Of a stretch of 64,000 bases of DNA, positions 1 through 9,433 are shown piece by piece. Position 1 is the stretch's first letter; each line of letters starts with the position of its first letter. The notes beneath the pieces were generated by a model. That model saw only the letters and a list, made by a program, of their open reading frames with translations, made no database searches and had not been told where the DNA came from. The stretch covers positions 9,563 to 73,562 of IMG/VR virus record IMGVR_UViG_3300037418_002577; one strand, written 5' to 3'. The translations under genes and the position numbers were made by a program. Origin of the DNA: a virus (taxonomy: Duplodnaviria; Caudoviricetes).

Positions 1-2
1 AG

Positions 3-116
3 GGGTGGTACGAGCGGAACCGCGACAACATTCAATTGCACGACCGAACCCGGCAGCAAGTTGAAAACCTGTTGCAGATGACATCGTGGGAAGAGAGCGT
101 GCCGAATGAAGGCTGA
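3..116 (+). CDS. 3' end of a partial phage protein (possibly DUF5662-like)
   Basis: Frame 3 reads GWYERNRDNIQLHDRTRQQVENLL...EG* and overlaps the start of the 106 ORF; the WY-x-RN...LH-x-x-TR motif is recalled from a common phage family. Confidence 0.4.
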   Translation, partial: GWYERNRDNIQLHDRTRQQVENLLQMTSWEESVPNEG

Positions 117-537
117 CATCCCTGAAGGCTGGACGGACAAGCCAACGGAGCCGGGCTGGTATCTGTGGCGCGAGAGTATTCAGGTTCAACGCCCAGACCT
201 AATGGAAGTGAAGCAGGGTAATGGCGGATTCCATTTCCATTACTGTGGACGATGGCGAGCTTCCTGGGATTTTCCCGGCGGCATCTGGCAAGGCCCGCTC
301 AAGCCCCAAGAGCCAGGCACCGTCACAATCACCGCTGCCGAGCACGAGGAGCTGAAGCGGTGCAAGCGGGCGTGGGGTGCAATTGTTCGTCACGCGATGG
401 CTCCCCTTAAGGGTCTCGGTGGCAAGTGGGTAGTTCTGGGGCCGGATGGATTCTTCGGACTCACCCCTTGCGACGATCCCGTGTCGGCAACGCTCATGGC
501 CGCTGAGCACCTGGAAGCGAAAGACGAGAATAAGTGA
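106..537 (+). CDS. hypothetical phage protein
   Basis: 143-aa Trp-rich ORF with 'WTDKPTEPGWYLWR' phage-type motif; part of a chain of overlapping start/stop codons. Confidence 0.7.
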   Translation: MKADIPEGWTDKPTEPGWYLWRESIQVQRPDLMEVKQGNGGFHFHYCGRWRASWDFPGGIWQGPLKPQEPGTVTITAAEHEELKRCKRAWGAIVRHAMAPLKGLGGKWVVLGPDGFFGLTPCDDPVSATLMAAEHLEAKDENK

Positions 538-773
538 AGCATCACTGCCCAAGCTACTGCCACAGATGCCCGGACATGGGCGGCGACATAATGCCAGGAT
601 GCATGGGAGTAGCAGTTTCAAACCGAATGGACCGCTGCACATGCCAGCGGCCAACGCGCAGAGACAAGGCGGCCAATCAATCTGATGACGATGTTGCTAA
701 CCAACTTGAGGCTCTTGAACAAGCGGCGTCGAAGCTGAGGCAACTCCTGGAAGCGAAAGAGAGCAAGCCATGA
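534..773 (+). CDS. small Cys-rich hypothetical protein
   Basis: GTGA overlap with upstream stop; Cys cluster followed by a coiled-coil tail. Confidence 0.6.
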   Translation: MKHHCPSYCHRCPDMGGDIMPGCMGVAVSNRMDRCTCQRPTRRDKAANQSDDDVANQLEALEQAASKLRQLLEAKESKP

Positions 774-1246
774 GCGACAAAATCCACACCGGCATCTACA
801 GCAACGCGAGCACATGCTCCGCCGCACCGAACCTAAACGACATCATGCGGCTGATGAAATCTATGCCGCCACCGCCCGACAAGACGGAGTTCGTGATGCA
901 CCCGAACAACGCGAAGTTGTTCCCGGCCGCAAAGTCGCCAGCGGCATTTGCGAGCCCGCTTTACGGAATCCCGGTGCACTTCGACAAAGCAATCCCCGAG
1001 CGAAAACTCCGCACCAAATGGCATCCGCCAAAGGGAAGCCGGTTCGTCGAGTACGGTCCTGAAGATGAGCCGTGGATGCGTCCGCTGGGGCTGGGATCAG
1101 TCGAGACGGTGGACGACGGGCCGTTGATCGTGGAAGTCAATAGGTCCGCGATGGAGCGAATGGAGCGATCGCTTGAGTATTTGGACTTCAGAAATACCCG
1201 CATGATTTGCGATGCGTTTGGAACAACGAAAGAGAGCGTGAAATGA
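770..1246 (+). CDS. hypothetical phage protein
   Basis: ATGA-coupled to both neighbours, 158 aa. Confidence 0.7.
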   Translation: MSDKIHTGIYSNASTCSAAPNLNDIMRLMKSMPPPPDKTEFVMHPNNAKLFPAAKSPAAFASPLYGIPVHFDKAIPERKLRTKWHPPKGSRFVEYGPEDEPWMRPLGLGSVETVDDGPLIVEVNRSAMERMERSLEYLDFRNTRMICDAFGTTKESVK

Positions 1247-1512
1247 GCGACAAGCCCGAAATCGTCCTGCCCATCATTCATATGAACGGCACCTCGGCGA
1301 AAAGTTTGATCGAAGAACGCAATATGGCGTACAACGCCTTGCAGGAAGCCTACGGATTCTTGAAACACATGGCCCCCAACGGACGCGACTACTACCCGGA
1401 GCCGGGCCGCATGGAAAAGGCGACAGCCCAGCATCTTCGGAGACTGTCGGTGATTCACGACCTGATGAACGAGCTTGAGTTTGAGATCGCGGAAATCGAC
1501 TCGCCCAAGTGA
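1243..1512 (+). CDS. hypothetical phage protein
   Basis: Start corrected to ATG 1243 (ATGA overlap); 'LPIIHMNGTS' N-terminus of a kind recurrent in phages. Confidence 0.7.
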   Translation: MSDKPEIVLPIIHMNGTSAKSLIEERNMAYNALQEAYGFLKHMAPNGRDYYPEPGRMEKATAQHLRRLSVIHDLMNELEFEIAEIDSPK

Positions 1513-1556
1513 TCCCCCCGGCAGTTAGCGCCGACCACCCCGAAGGATTTGAAAGC

Positions 1557-1802
1557 ATGAACGAACACGAAGAAGCCCCGCTCCTCATCACCCCAACCAT
1601 GAACGCCGCTGCCGCCATGTCGGCGCTGTTGGCCGTCGGTGCGGTGAGTCCGCCGAAAGCTCACGAACCCGGCATGCCAAAGCGGGGATTCGGAACCGGG
1701 CGATACCGTGAAACCCACAAGCAGCAGCGCTCTACAATCGGAGAGCGGCGAGCACAGCGGAGGGCTGAGAGGCAGCGGAAGAAATCGAACCGGAGCCGAT
1801 AG
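1557..1802 (+). CDS. small basic hypothetical protein
   Basis: ATG 1557 after GAAGGA; Arg-rich C-terminus. Confidence 0.5.
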   Translation: MNEHEEAPLLITPTMNAAAAMSALLAVGAVSPPKAHEPGMPKRGFGTGRYRETHKQQRSTIGERRAQRRAERQRKKSNRSR

Positions 1803-1839
1803 TTGATCCCGTTCCCACCCCCTGAGAAGGAAAGAGAAG

Positions 1840-2073
1840 ATGACCGTCTACCGAATGGAACTGATCCTCGACGAGGATGACTATCGGGATCTTCAAAAGG
1901 AATTCTCGCTTCGCCAATCTCGCTGCCGAGACGCAGATGGAGTGATGTTGCCTGAGGGAGAATCAAACCTTCCCGGAGCACTGATCGGCGAGATTGTGCG
2001 GGGCCTTTGGGATTACCGCGACCTGTTGAATCGAGATCGTGGAACCGGAGAGAAAGAGAGGGCCGCAGAGTGA
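1840..2073 (+). CDS. hypothetical protein
   Basis: AAGGA/GAG RBS; GTGA coupling to next gene. Confidence 0.65.
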   Translation: MTVYRMELILDEDDYRDLQKEFSLRQSRCRDADGVMLPEGESNLPGALIGEIVRGLWDYRDLLNRDRGTGEKERAAE

Positions 2074-2807
2074 CCGAACCAATCACCCCGGAAGCGTTGA
2101 CGGAACTGGATGTGAAGCGCGAGAGGTGTGCCGGCATCGATGTCAGTGAATTCTTTAATTCACCATACGGCCGTTCGGCTGCGATCCGTCTCGTGAACAC
2201 CTACCCCGCCATTCGCTCTTTGATCACCTCGCAGCAAGAGGAGATCGAACGGCTGAAGAAGCGATCACAGAATCTTAGCTGTGAAGTGAGCGTGCTGGAG
2301 GCGTTCCGGAAAGACGACCGAGCAGCGCTTTCGCTAGTCCCTGAATTGGCTGCCGACACCGAACTCTGGGCGGCAATGAAGCGCGAGCGGGATACGGCAA
2401 AAGCCCGTGCCCAGACTGCGGAAGCGGAGATCGCACGCCTCACAGCAGAGAGCGAGTCCCGTCGCCTCACACTTCTAGAAAAGGCGGAAGAATGCCGCAA
2501 GGAATGGACCCGAGCCGAGAACGCCGAAGCGGAGATCGTGAGGATGAAAAGAGAGGTGGCAATCGAACGGGCGTGGAAGGAAACGTTTCATGGTTTGGCC
2601 GACATCACCGTTGAATCGCTTGAAAAGGTGGCTGCCCGAGCCGAGACCGCCGAAGCGGAAGTTGAGCGGCTGCGGGATGGGATCGAGATCATCAAGGGAT
2701 TCTCAGAGAGCGATGAGGACGGCTACTACTGGCTTGCCGAGATCCTCGCACAAGCGAGCAGGCTTCTCAACCCGTCTGAACCCAAGAAAGGAACCACGAG
2801 CCAATGA
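2070..2807 (+). CDS. coiled-coil phage protein
   Basis: GTG 2070 overlaps upstream TGA; repeated 'ARAETAEAEI/V' heptad motifs. Confidence 0.7.
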   Translation: MTEPITPEALTELDVKRERCAGIDVSEFFNSPYGRSAAIRLVNTYPAIRSLITSQQEEIERLKKRSQNLSCEVSVLEAFRKDDRAALSLVPELAADTELWAAMKRERDTAKARAQTAEAEIARLTAESESRRLTLLEKAEECRKEWTRAENAEAEIVRMKREVAIERAWKETFHGLADITVESLEKVAARAETAEAEVERLRDGIEIIKGFSESDEDGYYWLAEILAQASRLLNPSEPKKGTTSQ

Positions 2808-3112
2808 CAACGCAAGCACTCCCGGAATTCATGGTGCGAGTCAAACTGCCGTCGTCAAGTGCCTACGCCGCGTGCCCGAGCGGAGACGCCGAATACGAAG
2901 AGGCGTACAAAAAAGCGATCTTCGACGTCAAGCCGGCTGGGTTTGAGGTGTCGTGGCCACGGCTGAATGAAAAGTGGCCAGTTGACTCGGAAGGATACAC
3001 TTGGGTTCGGCTGTTTTGTGCTGATCAATCGTCAGCCATTGCTCAGTGGATCGGCAGAGTCGATGAACTGCAAACGCGACTTGAAACTATTAGAAGGGCG
3101 GCTGGCCAATGA
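2804..3112 (+). CDS. hypothetical protein
   Basis: ATGA coupling on both sides. Confidence 0.65.
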   Translation: MTTQALPEFMVRVKLPSSSAYAACPSGDAEYEEAYKKAIFDVKPAGFEVSWPRLNEKWPVDSEGYTWVRLFCADQSSAIAQWIGRVDELQTRLETIRRAAGQ

Positions 3113-4017
3113 CCGACAGAATCACCGAGATCGAAGCCCGCGCGAACGCGGCAACGCCTGGACCGTGGGATGTTGCGGAAATCGACCATAAATCCGGGGA
3201 TGTATCAGTGACTGCCGGAACCGGCGACGAGGAAGATTTGATCATCACGATTAACTGCGAGTTTTCAGAAACACTGACAGGGAAGGATGCCGTTGCGCTT
3301 GGCTATTTCATCGCCCACACCCGCGAAGACGTGCCCTGGCTGATCCAGCGTGTCAGGGAGTTGGAAGCGGAACTGAAGGCAGCCCGAGAGAAGTGCTCCG
3401 AACTAAACCGCCGCTGCCAGGAAAACGAGTCACACAAAGTCCAGGAGCGATACCGAGACGAAGTCCGCGATCAATGGCAAGGCCTACTGGACGACGCCAA
3501 TCGACGTGCACAAGAAGACGAGAAAGAAGTCGAGCGAATCCGCACCGAATGCGGAGACCTGGTGCTGCAACGAAACGCCGAAGCCGAATCGCTCCGTCGG
3601 CAACTTCGGGAAGCCCGAGACGCCAACCGCGATCTACATCGACTGGCGCAGAAAGCAGAATCAACCCGGCTTCTGAAAGCGGAGGAGCATGAACGAAACT
3701 CGACGATGGCGCAGTCGCTGAACGGCGCGATGAGCGCGTCATTAAAGGCAGAGAGGAAACTACTGCGGGCCAACGCGCAAGCCAAAGCCGCGAAATGCGA
3801 GTTCGCCGACACCTTCCTCGAAAACGCTGCCCTGAAGGCCCGGAACAAACTGCTGGAAGAGTTCTGGGCGTGGTGGAAATTAGCTGACCGTTCATCACGG
3901 GAATGCGATAGCGACTACGTCGGTGCCTGGCAGCGGTGGAACGAAGCCCTTGGCGATCCCAGAGCCGCCGAACCCAAACCCCAGGAGCAAGCCCCGACCG
4001 CGGCGCCCGGCCAATAA
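3109..4017 (+). CDS. Ead/Ea22-like phage protein with coiled coil
   Basis: 'IEARANAATPGPW...FIAHTREDVPWLIQRVRELE' resembles the Ead/Ea22-like N-terminal motif. Confidence 0.65.
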   Translation: MTDRITEIEARANAATPGPWDVAEIDHKSGDVSVTAGTGDEEDLIITINCEFSETLTGKDAVALGYFIAHTREDVPWLIQRVRELEAELKAAREKCSELNRRCQENESHKVQERYRDEVRDQWQGLLDDANRRAQEDEKEVERIRTECGDLVLQRNAEAESLRRQLREARDANRDLHRLAQKAESTRLLKAEEHERNSTMAQSLNGAMSASLKAERKLLRANAQAKAAKCEFADTFLENAALKARNKLLEEFWAWWKLADRSSRECDSDYVGAWQRWNEALGDPRAAEPKPQEQAPTAAPGQ

Positions 4018-4032
4018 CAGCAGCGTAGCAAC

Positions 4033-4058
4033 AAAAAGAGCCCCCAAGTCGGGGGCTC
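4033..4058 (-). terminator. intrinsic terminator between convergent operons
   Basis: GAGCCCCC-AAGTC-GGGGGCTC hairpin (4038-4058) preceded by A5, a U-tract on the minus strand. Confidence 0.75.
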
Positions 4059-4082
4059 GCTGCGTTTCTGGCGGCATCGGTC

Positions 4083-4481
4083 CTAAATCCGCTCGGCGAA
4101 CTCCGGCCTGTTCAGGATCTGCGCGACCGCGGCCTCGAAGTGGTCCTGCAGCTTCCGGACGATCAGTTCCTTTTGTCGCTCCCGGAATCGATCCGTCACC
4201 GGGTAGGCCACTATCTCGGGAATGTCGTCGCAGTACCTTTCGCAGATCAGCCGCAGGTCCTCCACATCGTCCGCAACCTCGACGTCGACCTGCGAGGGAT
4301 CGTAGACCGTGTGGAACTCGATCTCGAGCACGTATTGCCCGGCCGCGGTTCGATACAGGCGGACGACGTGCCATCGCTTGAGCTTGGGTATGGCGGCTTC
4401 TGGCGGCATCACCTCTGACAGCAGTTCCCCGCGGAAAGCGAGCGGCGGCTGGCCCGACCGGATGAGGCTGTAATCGGTCAT
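4083..4481 (-). CDS. hypothetical phage protein
   Basis: Start at MTDYSL (ATG 4481) after AAGGA. Confidence 0.7.
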   Translation of the reverse strand: MTDYSLIRSGQPPLAFRGELLSEVMPPEAAIPKLKRWHVVRLYRTAAGQYVLEIEFHTVYDPSQVDVEVADDVEDLRLICERYCDDIPEIVAYPVTDRFRERQKELIVRKLQDHFEAAVAQILNRPEFAERI

Positions 4482-4546
4482 GGGGGGTTCCTTTGGTTCT
4501 CGGTTCGCTGCTGGGTGGTTGGTGTTTGGTGGCATCGGCAGGTGTT

Positions 4547-4930
4547 CTACGGCGAGGCGTGAGCGGCCGGGCTCTCGCCGCCTGCTTTAGCGATGGCGGC
4601 GCGGGCGGACTTCTCCCATGCAGTCCAGTCTTCGATATTCACGCCAGCCACACGAGCCAACATACCGACTCCGCCGACAGCAGCCTTCAAAGCCGCAAGC
4701 AACTCGTCATGGCAGTTGACGGCGTTGACGATCAGGTTGGCGTTGGCTTCAGCCTGCTCGCGTGTCGGCTCGTGATGATCATTATGTCTGTCGAGCACTG
4801 CAAGAGGCAATTGCCGGGCGGGCCGATCGACTTGGTAGATGTGCCACAATCCATTCGTGAAGCCGTCAAGGTTGCCGTGGCGTACTGTGCACTCAACGGC
4901 TTCCCACGGGGTCGGCGTGCTCTGCGTCAT
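4547..4930 (-). CDS. conserved phage hypothetical protein
   Basis: 'TPTPW...EANANLIVNAVNCHDELLAALK' is a widespread phage motif; GGAG RBS. Confidence 0.75.
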   Translation of the reverse strand: MTQSTPTPWEAVECTVRHGNLDGFTNGLWHIYQVDRPARQLPLAVLDRHNDHHEPTREQAEANANLIVNAVNCHDELLAALKAAVGGVGMLARVAGVNIEDWTAWEKSARAAIAKAGGESPAAHASP

Positions 4931-4966
4931 GTCTCAAGTCTCCTGTTCAATAGGGCGTGAATTGCG

Positions 4967-5155
4967 CTAATCGACCTGTGGATCGCAGTCGTCGCAGTGT
5001 GTTTGGCTGTCGTCGATCTCTGTTCCGCAATACTCGCATCGCTTTACCGTGCAGCCTGGGTAACGGGAGTTGACTGCTCGGTGTTGCGACTGGCTCAGTG
5101 GGCGGGAGGTTCCGGCATCTCTGGCTGCTTTCTCTTCGTCGATCCAGTCGCGCAT
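4967..5155 (-). CDS. small Zn-ribbon protein
   Basis: CEYC...CDDC; GAGGAG RBS. Confidence 0.65.
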   Translation of the reverse strand: MRDWIDEEKAARDAGTSRPLSQSQHRAVNSRYPGCTVKRCEYCGTEIDDSQTHCDDCDPQVD

Positions 5156-5210
5156 GGTTACTCCTCTGCGGTTTCAAATGGCGTCTGCCGGATGGCAGGA
5201 ACCGAGGTGG

Positions 5211-5525
5211 CTAGGCTGCCGCCCGGTTGCGTTGAAGATCAGCAAGAGCCTCGTCAAATGTGTCGCCGAACCCTGCTGGTGACTCCTGAAGATTGGCGAA
5301 GTCGCCATTGACGCAGCACCATGCGTTTCCGTCCTTGAAGAAGCAAATCGCCTCACCCGGAACGCCAGACCTGACAATCGGAAACTGCCGGAGAAGGCCG
5401 CGAACGCGATCGCGTGCCCAACCCCACCCCGTGTGCGCGCCGGAGACAAATCCAGCCACACATTGTTCGTTGACTGGGCACGTTTCCTCGTTGACGAATC
5501 GGGTTAAGGCGTCAAGTAGCGTCAT
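5211..5525 (-). CDS. hypothetical phage protein
   Basis: GGAG RBS; 'FANLQESPAGFGDT' motif. Confidence 0.7.
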   Translation of the reverse strand: MTLLDALTRFVNEETCPVNEQCVAGFVSGAHTGWGWARDRVRGLLRQFPIVRSGVPGEAICFFKDGNAWCCVNGDFANLQESPAGFGDTFDEALADLQRNRAAA

Positions 5526-5548
5526 TCTGAAATCTCCAGGGGGTCAGG

Positions 5549-6016
5549 TTAGTGAAACCGAACAACGCCATTTACTTGTGCGGCGAGACGAAATGCACTC
5601 AGCCATTGTTCGTACTTCTTGCGAAAGCCCGTGTCATCCTCTGATTCCGAATTGGGGAGTTTGCCGAGATGCTCCTCGAAATCCGCCGCCAGTTTGGCGC
5701 TCGTCTTGGGGCCGATCACTCCATCGCAATCGGTGAAGTGAATCAGCTCTACGAACGGCTTGCCCTTGAAGGCGTCGGGGCTCTCCCAGACCTGTTCAGC
5801 GCAAACACCGAGCATTGTTTCTGACAGCCGGTTTCTCCACCAGTTGTAGCCCGAGTAGCTTCCACCCCAGAAGTCGTAAAGACTTGTGGCGAGGTAGTGG
5901 CCAGTCTCCAGTCCATCCGCTTGCAGTGGGAAGTCTTGAGAGTTGACGTACAGATTACTGTCGTCCTCTCGATCTGTTGGGTGCAGGTCGCGGTAAACAC
6001 TGATGTCGAGTCCCAT
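5549..6016 (-). CDS. conserved phage hypothetical protein
   Basis: 'MGLDISVY...GSYSGYNWWR...FTDCDGVIG' is typical of a recurrent phage family. Confidence 0.75.
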   Translation of the reverse strand: MGLDISVYRDLHPTDREDDSNLYVNSQDFPLQADGLETGHYLATSLYDFWGGSYSGYNWWRNRLSETMLGVCAEQVWESPDAFKGKPFVELIHFTDCDGVIGPKTSAKLAADFEEHLGKLPNSESEDDTGFRKKYEQWLSAFRLAAQVNGVVRFH

Positions 6017-6046
6017 ACCAAAGATCTCCAGGGGGTCAGGTGTCAG

Positions 6047-6250
6047 TTACTTCACGTCAGCCGCTTTGCTGTGCCGCAAGATGCCTTCAGAATCCATCTC
6101 CCATTCCTCGGGGTAAAGCAGCGATTGGCATCTCACCCATGCCGCCTCTGATTCCCAGCCATGGTCAGAAATCAGGTGATCGTGTAGTTGTGCTGCGTGC
6201 GCGAATGAGAGGTTGCAGCCGGAGCATTTGTATTTGTTGGGCATGGTCAC
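6047..6250 (-). CDS. C2H2 zinc-finger-like small protein
   Basis: YKCSGC-x12-H-x4-H spacing. Confidence 0.55.
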   Translation of the reverse strand: MTMPNKYKCSGCNLSFAHAAQLHDHLISDHGWESEAAWVRCQSLLYPEEWEMDSEGILRHSKAADVK

Positions 6251-6279
6251 GTTCCGCTACAGAGGGGCCACATACAGAT

Positions 6280-6606
6280 TCAGTACGCCTCGCCATACCA
6301 ACTGCCGTGATCGCAAATCCATTCGACGCGACGATTGCCGCAGACGCATCGCCTGCTCACTCCGTCCCAGCCAGGGCATTCACCTTCGTCGGGATCGCAG
6401 TTTTGTCCGCTGAAGTCAAACCTCTCGCCAGCAGCGGCTCGCGGAACGATTTCTGTCTTGAATCGCTCGAAGGATTCCTTGTCGTTCTCAAACGCTCCGC
6501 GAACACAGCCAGATTGCTCGCCGAACAATTCGACGATCTCCTCGTCCGTCAGGGGCTCGCCGCTTTCGAGTTTGTTTTCCAGTTCGTACTGCCGGTTATG
6601 TGGCAT
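6280..6606 (-). CDS. Cys-containing hypothetical phage protein
   Basis: Start at MPHNRQ (6606); 'NC...CPGWDG.SRRC.CGNRRV' motif. Confidence 0.7.
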   Translation of the reverse strand: MPHNRQYELENKLESGEPLTDEEIVELFGEQSGCVRGAFENDKESFERFKTEIVPRAAAGERFDFSGQNCDPDEGECPGWDGVSRRCVCGNRRVEWICDHGSWYGEAY

Positions 6607-6644
6607 ATCGTTTCTCGCTTTCTTGTTTCCGCTACAGAGGGCGA

Positions 6645-6788
6645 TCAATGGGTTTTTCTCTGGACAACCTGGATCTCCGCAACGTCCCCGTCAGCGAGTT
6701 GTCGCAGCACGAATTGCAGCCGGTCCAGACTGTAGGCTCCGTAGTATGCTCGCCGGCCGTCTGACGTGATCCAGAGTTTGTATCGCAT
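6645..6788 (-). CDS. 47-aa hypothetical protein (not in ORF track)
   Basis: Manual translation MRYKLWITSDGRRAYYGAYSLDRLQFVLRQLADGDVAEIQVVQRKTH*; fills the gap in the operon. Confidence 0.5.
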   Translation of the reverse strand: MRYKLWITSDGRRAYYGAYSLDRLQFVLRQLADGDVAEIQVVQRKTH

Positions 6789-6890
6789 GTTTGGCTCGCT
6801 CAATGGGGCCTGCCCGCACAGCAGGAGAAACCGCTCGCGCCGATTGTGTGCCGGGTTGCGAGTCCGACGCGGCGCGGGCGGAGGAGAATG

Positions 6891-7193
6891 TCACCCTTCC
6901 AGAGATTTGATTTCATCCCTCAACTTGGCCAACCGCGACTGGGCATCCGCGAGTTGCTGGCGATTGAGAAACCGGGCATTACCTGGGGCTCTTTCGCTGT
7001 CACACCCTTCGCGCCGCCGCTCTCCGGTTCCAACGCATTCGTAGATGCGGTAATCGGCGAACTGTGGGTCTCCGCTGCCGCATTTTCGGCGGGCTTCTTC
7101 GGCTCCATAAGTGCCCTCGTTCGTCTCGACCAGGATTTGCATGGCAGAGAGTTCGTCCGCTTGTTTCTTGAGGTCAGCGATTTTCGTTGTCAT
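6891..7193 (-). CDS. hypothetical protein
   Basis: AGGAG RBS. Confidence 0.7.
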   Translation of the reverse strand: MTTKIADLKKQADELSAMQILVETNEGTYGAEEARRKCGSGDPQFADYRIYECVGTGERRREGCDSERAPGNARFLNRQQLADAQSRLAKLRDEIKSLEG

Positions 7194-7273
7194 TGTTCGA
7201 TTCTCCTGTTTTGAGTTTCTGCGGCGGTAGCAACCCGCCGAATGGGGCCTGCCCGGAGGCAGGAAAGAGGCGA

Positions 7274-7480
7274 TCAGCTAGGCTCAACCAAGCCGTAGCG
7301 AGCACGCTCTGTTGCCGTCAGCCGCCTGCCGGACTTTCGCCAGTAGAATTCAACGCTGCGAGCGGAGCCGTCGTATCTCCGCTCGATTTTGGCACCGCTT
7401 GGCGTCTCGGCGTAACTGTACTCGACAATCTGGCCTTGGTTTTGGGGCGGTGTTTCAAACTGCAGTTCGCGGCTTTTCAT
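7274..7480 (-). CDS. hypothetical protein
   Basis: GGAG RBS, co-oriented with the operon. Confidence 0.65.
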   Translation of the reverse strand: MKSRELQFETPPQNQGQIVEYSYAETPSGAKIERRYDGSARSVEFYWRKSGRRLTATERARYGLVEPS

Positions 7481-7525
7481 GTTTCAATTCTCCGTCTAGG
7501 GTGAGTAGCAGGAAAGGGGCGGCTA

Positions 7526-8059
7526 TTAGGACCGATACGGTCGCAGTGTACTCGCTCGTTGCGTCGTGGAGACCATGCTTTGCATCCAGCGGACAGTGAT
7601 CTTGTCGCCGTCGATCTCCTCGACATATCCGTGGTCGTAATCCTCTGGGTTGTTGCCGCCTTCGACATGATCTCCGATGGTGAATTCCGGGTCCGCAGTC
7701 ACCTCGGACACGATCAGCCGGCAAGTCGTCGGGCACTCGAACCGGGCCTTGGCTTCGACCATCGCGGATTCTGGGTCGTGAGCCTCGACGGTCCCGGCCC
7801 AATCCTCTCGGCCACTGGCTCGGTTCTCTGCGAGGGTGACGTCGTAGGTTTTCTTGTCGGATGCCCAGCGGTCAGCCGCTCCACCGTCGATTCCGTCGTA
7901 CTTCCAGGCGTACCAAATTTCATGGGCCAGTCTTCCCTTCGCTCCAAATTCTCCACGCTGGGCTTTGTCGCGCGCCTCATCAATGCTGATCCCATTAGCA
8001 GTCGCCATCTGGTCGATGAATTCGCAAACGCTGCCAATTACGTCATGTACGGTCGTCAT
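7526..8059 (-). CDS. hypothetical protein, possible SH3/Tudor-like C-terminus
   Basis: GGAG RBS before ATG 8059; 'FTIGDHV...GYVEEIDGDKITVRW' pattern. Confidence 0.7.
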   Translation of the reverse strand: MTTVHDVIGSVCEFIDQMATANGISIDEARDKAQRGEFGAKGRLAHEIWYAWKYDGIDGGAADRWASDKKTYDVTLAENRASGREDWAGTVEAHDPESAMVEAKARFECPTTCRLIVSEVTADPEFTIGDHVEGGNNPEDYDHGYVEEIDGDKITVRWMQSMVSTTQRASTLRPYRS

Positions 8060-8165
8060 GTTTCGATTCTCCAAGTTAAGCCAAAGCCAGGAGCAACCCG
8101 GCAGGTCAGTCAGATCCCCACTACACCGGGGGACGGTTCACGCGGACGGGGGTTAGGTTGGGCAA

Positions 8166-8600
8166 TCACGCCGGCCGTGATCCGGACTCAAACTCAGCCG
8201 CAAAGGAAGCGTAAAACGTCGCCGTGACCTTTTCGATGGCCGACATAATGCGGCGGTAGTCGGCGTCTGTCGCCAATCCGAATCGGGACGCGCCGGCTGG
8301 TGGCACGCACTCCGCGCCGCTCTCGTCTCTCCACGACCAGAGAGAATCCGCCACCTCGTCAACCGAGCCGCGAAAGTCGGCAGGAACGAGCCGCTTGTCG
8401 AGGACGCGAAAAAAGAACGCTTTGTCCGACTCCAGGGAGCCGAGACGGTAAGGCACGGCCACAACGTCGAACCCTGCAAACCAGACGTAGGCCCCTTTGC
8501 CCTGTGAGTCGAATTCGTACCTTGACGGGCCGCACGAGAAGATGTCTGAAACACACGGAAAACTGCGGTAGCTGACGATCTCGGAAGTGTTCATGTTCAT
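8166..8600 (-). CDS. hypothetical protein
   Basis: GGGAG RBS before ATG 8600. Confidence 0.65.
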   Translation of the reverse strand: MNMNTSEIVSYRSFPCVSDIFSCGPSRYEFDSQGKGAYVWFAGFDVVAVPYRLGSLESDKAFFFRVLDKRLVPADFRGSVDEVADSLWSWRDESGAECVPPAGASRFGLATDADYRRIMSAIEKVTATFYASFAAEFESGSRPA

Positions 8601-8705
8601 TCTCCCTTGGTCTTCGATTTCCCGACAGATCAGCGTCGGCCTGATTCGACAGCAAGCGATTCCGCGCCCCGGTCGCTCGGGGCGCGGTGTCACGCGCTGG
8701 CAGCA

Positions 8706-9350
8706 TCAACGATCAATCGCCACGATTGCGACATTCACCCCAGTCCCCTCGGCCTTGAACGATCCCGCCGGCAACTCGATCCACTGGCTTGCGATTGGCT
8801 GCAGCTTCGCGCGTTGCTTGGGACCGTTCGCGCAGAGGGACACCAGCCGACCACCGGGAGCCAGCAGCGTCAGCGCGTGCAGGACGTGTTTGCAGTCGGT
8901 TCCCATTTTGAATGGGGGATTCATCAGGATCGAATCGAACAACCCCAGCCGGTCGGAGCCGCATGCTAGGAAATCGGCTTGCACCAGCTCGGACAGGGAA
9001 TCGCCATCGGTCGCCCTATAAAGCTCTCCGCAGCATTCCGGGGAGTGCTCGACCAGAACAATCGGGAATGATCGGCTGATCGATCTGGCGGCATTGTAGA
9101 GCCTCCCCAGGCCGGCGGACGGTTCGAGCGTGCGGCCGAACGTGTCGAACATCCCGGCAAGGCGATCCGCCAGGGGCTCGGGAGTCTGAAATAGATTGAA
9201 TGACGACACCACACGGGGGGCGGCATCTTCTCGGGCCAGGCGCTGGAAGCGGGGGCGCTCGGCTGCCATCTCCTCACCCTTGGCCTCTGTGACTTCCAGC
9301 AGGTGCCGCAGTCGCAATCGTCCGGTTCTCTGTGACTCTCTCGCGTTCAT
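8706..9350 (-). CDS. class I SAM-dependent (N6-adenine-type) methyltransferase
   Basis: 'FQTP', motif I 'LEPSAGLG', motif IV 'MNPPF'. Confidence 0.85.
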   Translation of the reverse strand: MNARESQRTGRLRLRHLLEVTEAKGEEMAAERPRFQRLAREDAAPRVVSSFNLFQTPEPLADRLAGMFDTFGRTLEPSAGLGRLYNAARSISRSFPIVLVEHSPECCGELYRATDGDSLSELVQADFLACGSDRLGLFDSILMNPPFKMGTDCKHVLHALTLLAPGGRLVSLCANGPKQRAKLQPIASQWIELPAGSFKAEGTGVNVAIVAIDR

Positions 9351-9433
9351 GGTTCGCTCGATTCTTCGGGCTTGGGACCGATCCCCCTACGTCGGGGAGC
9401 GCATTAGACCGGGTTTCCCCGGCCCCCTCTGCG

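Noticed and set aside
7187-9360. Recurrent TTCGATTCTCC-like sequence between leftward genes
   Set aside because: On the minus strand it reads GGAGAATCGAA, an ordinary ribosome-binding site and spacer
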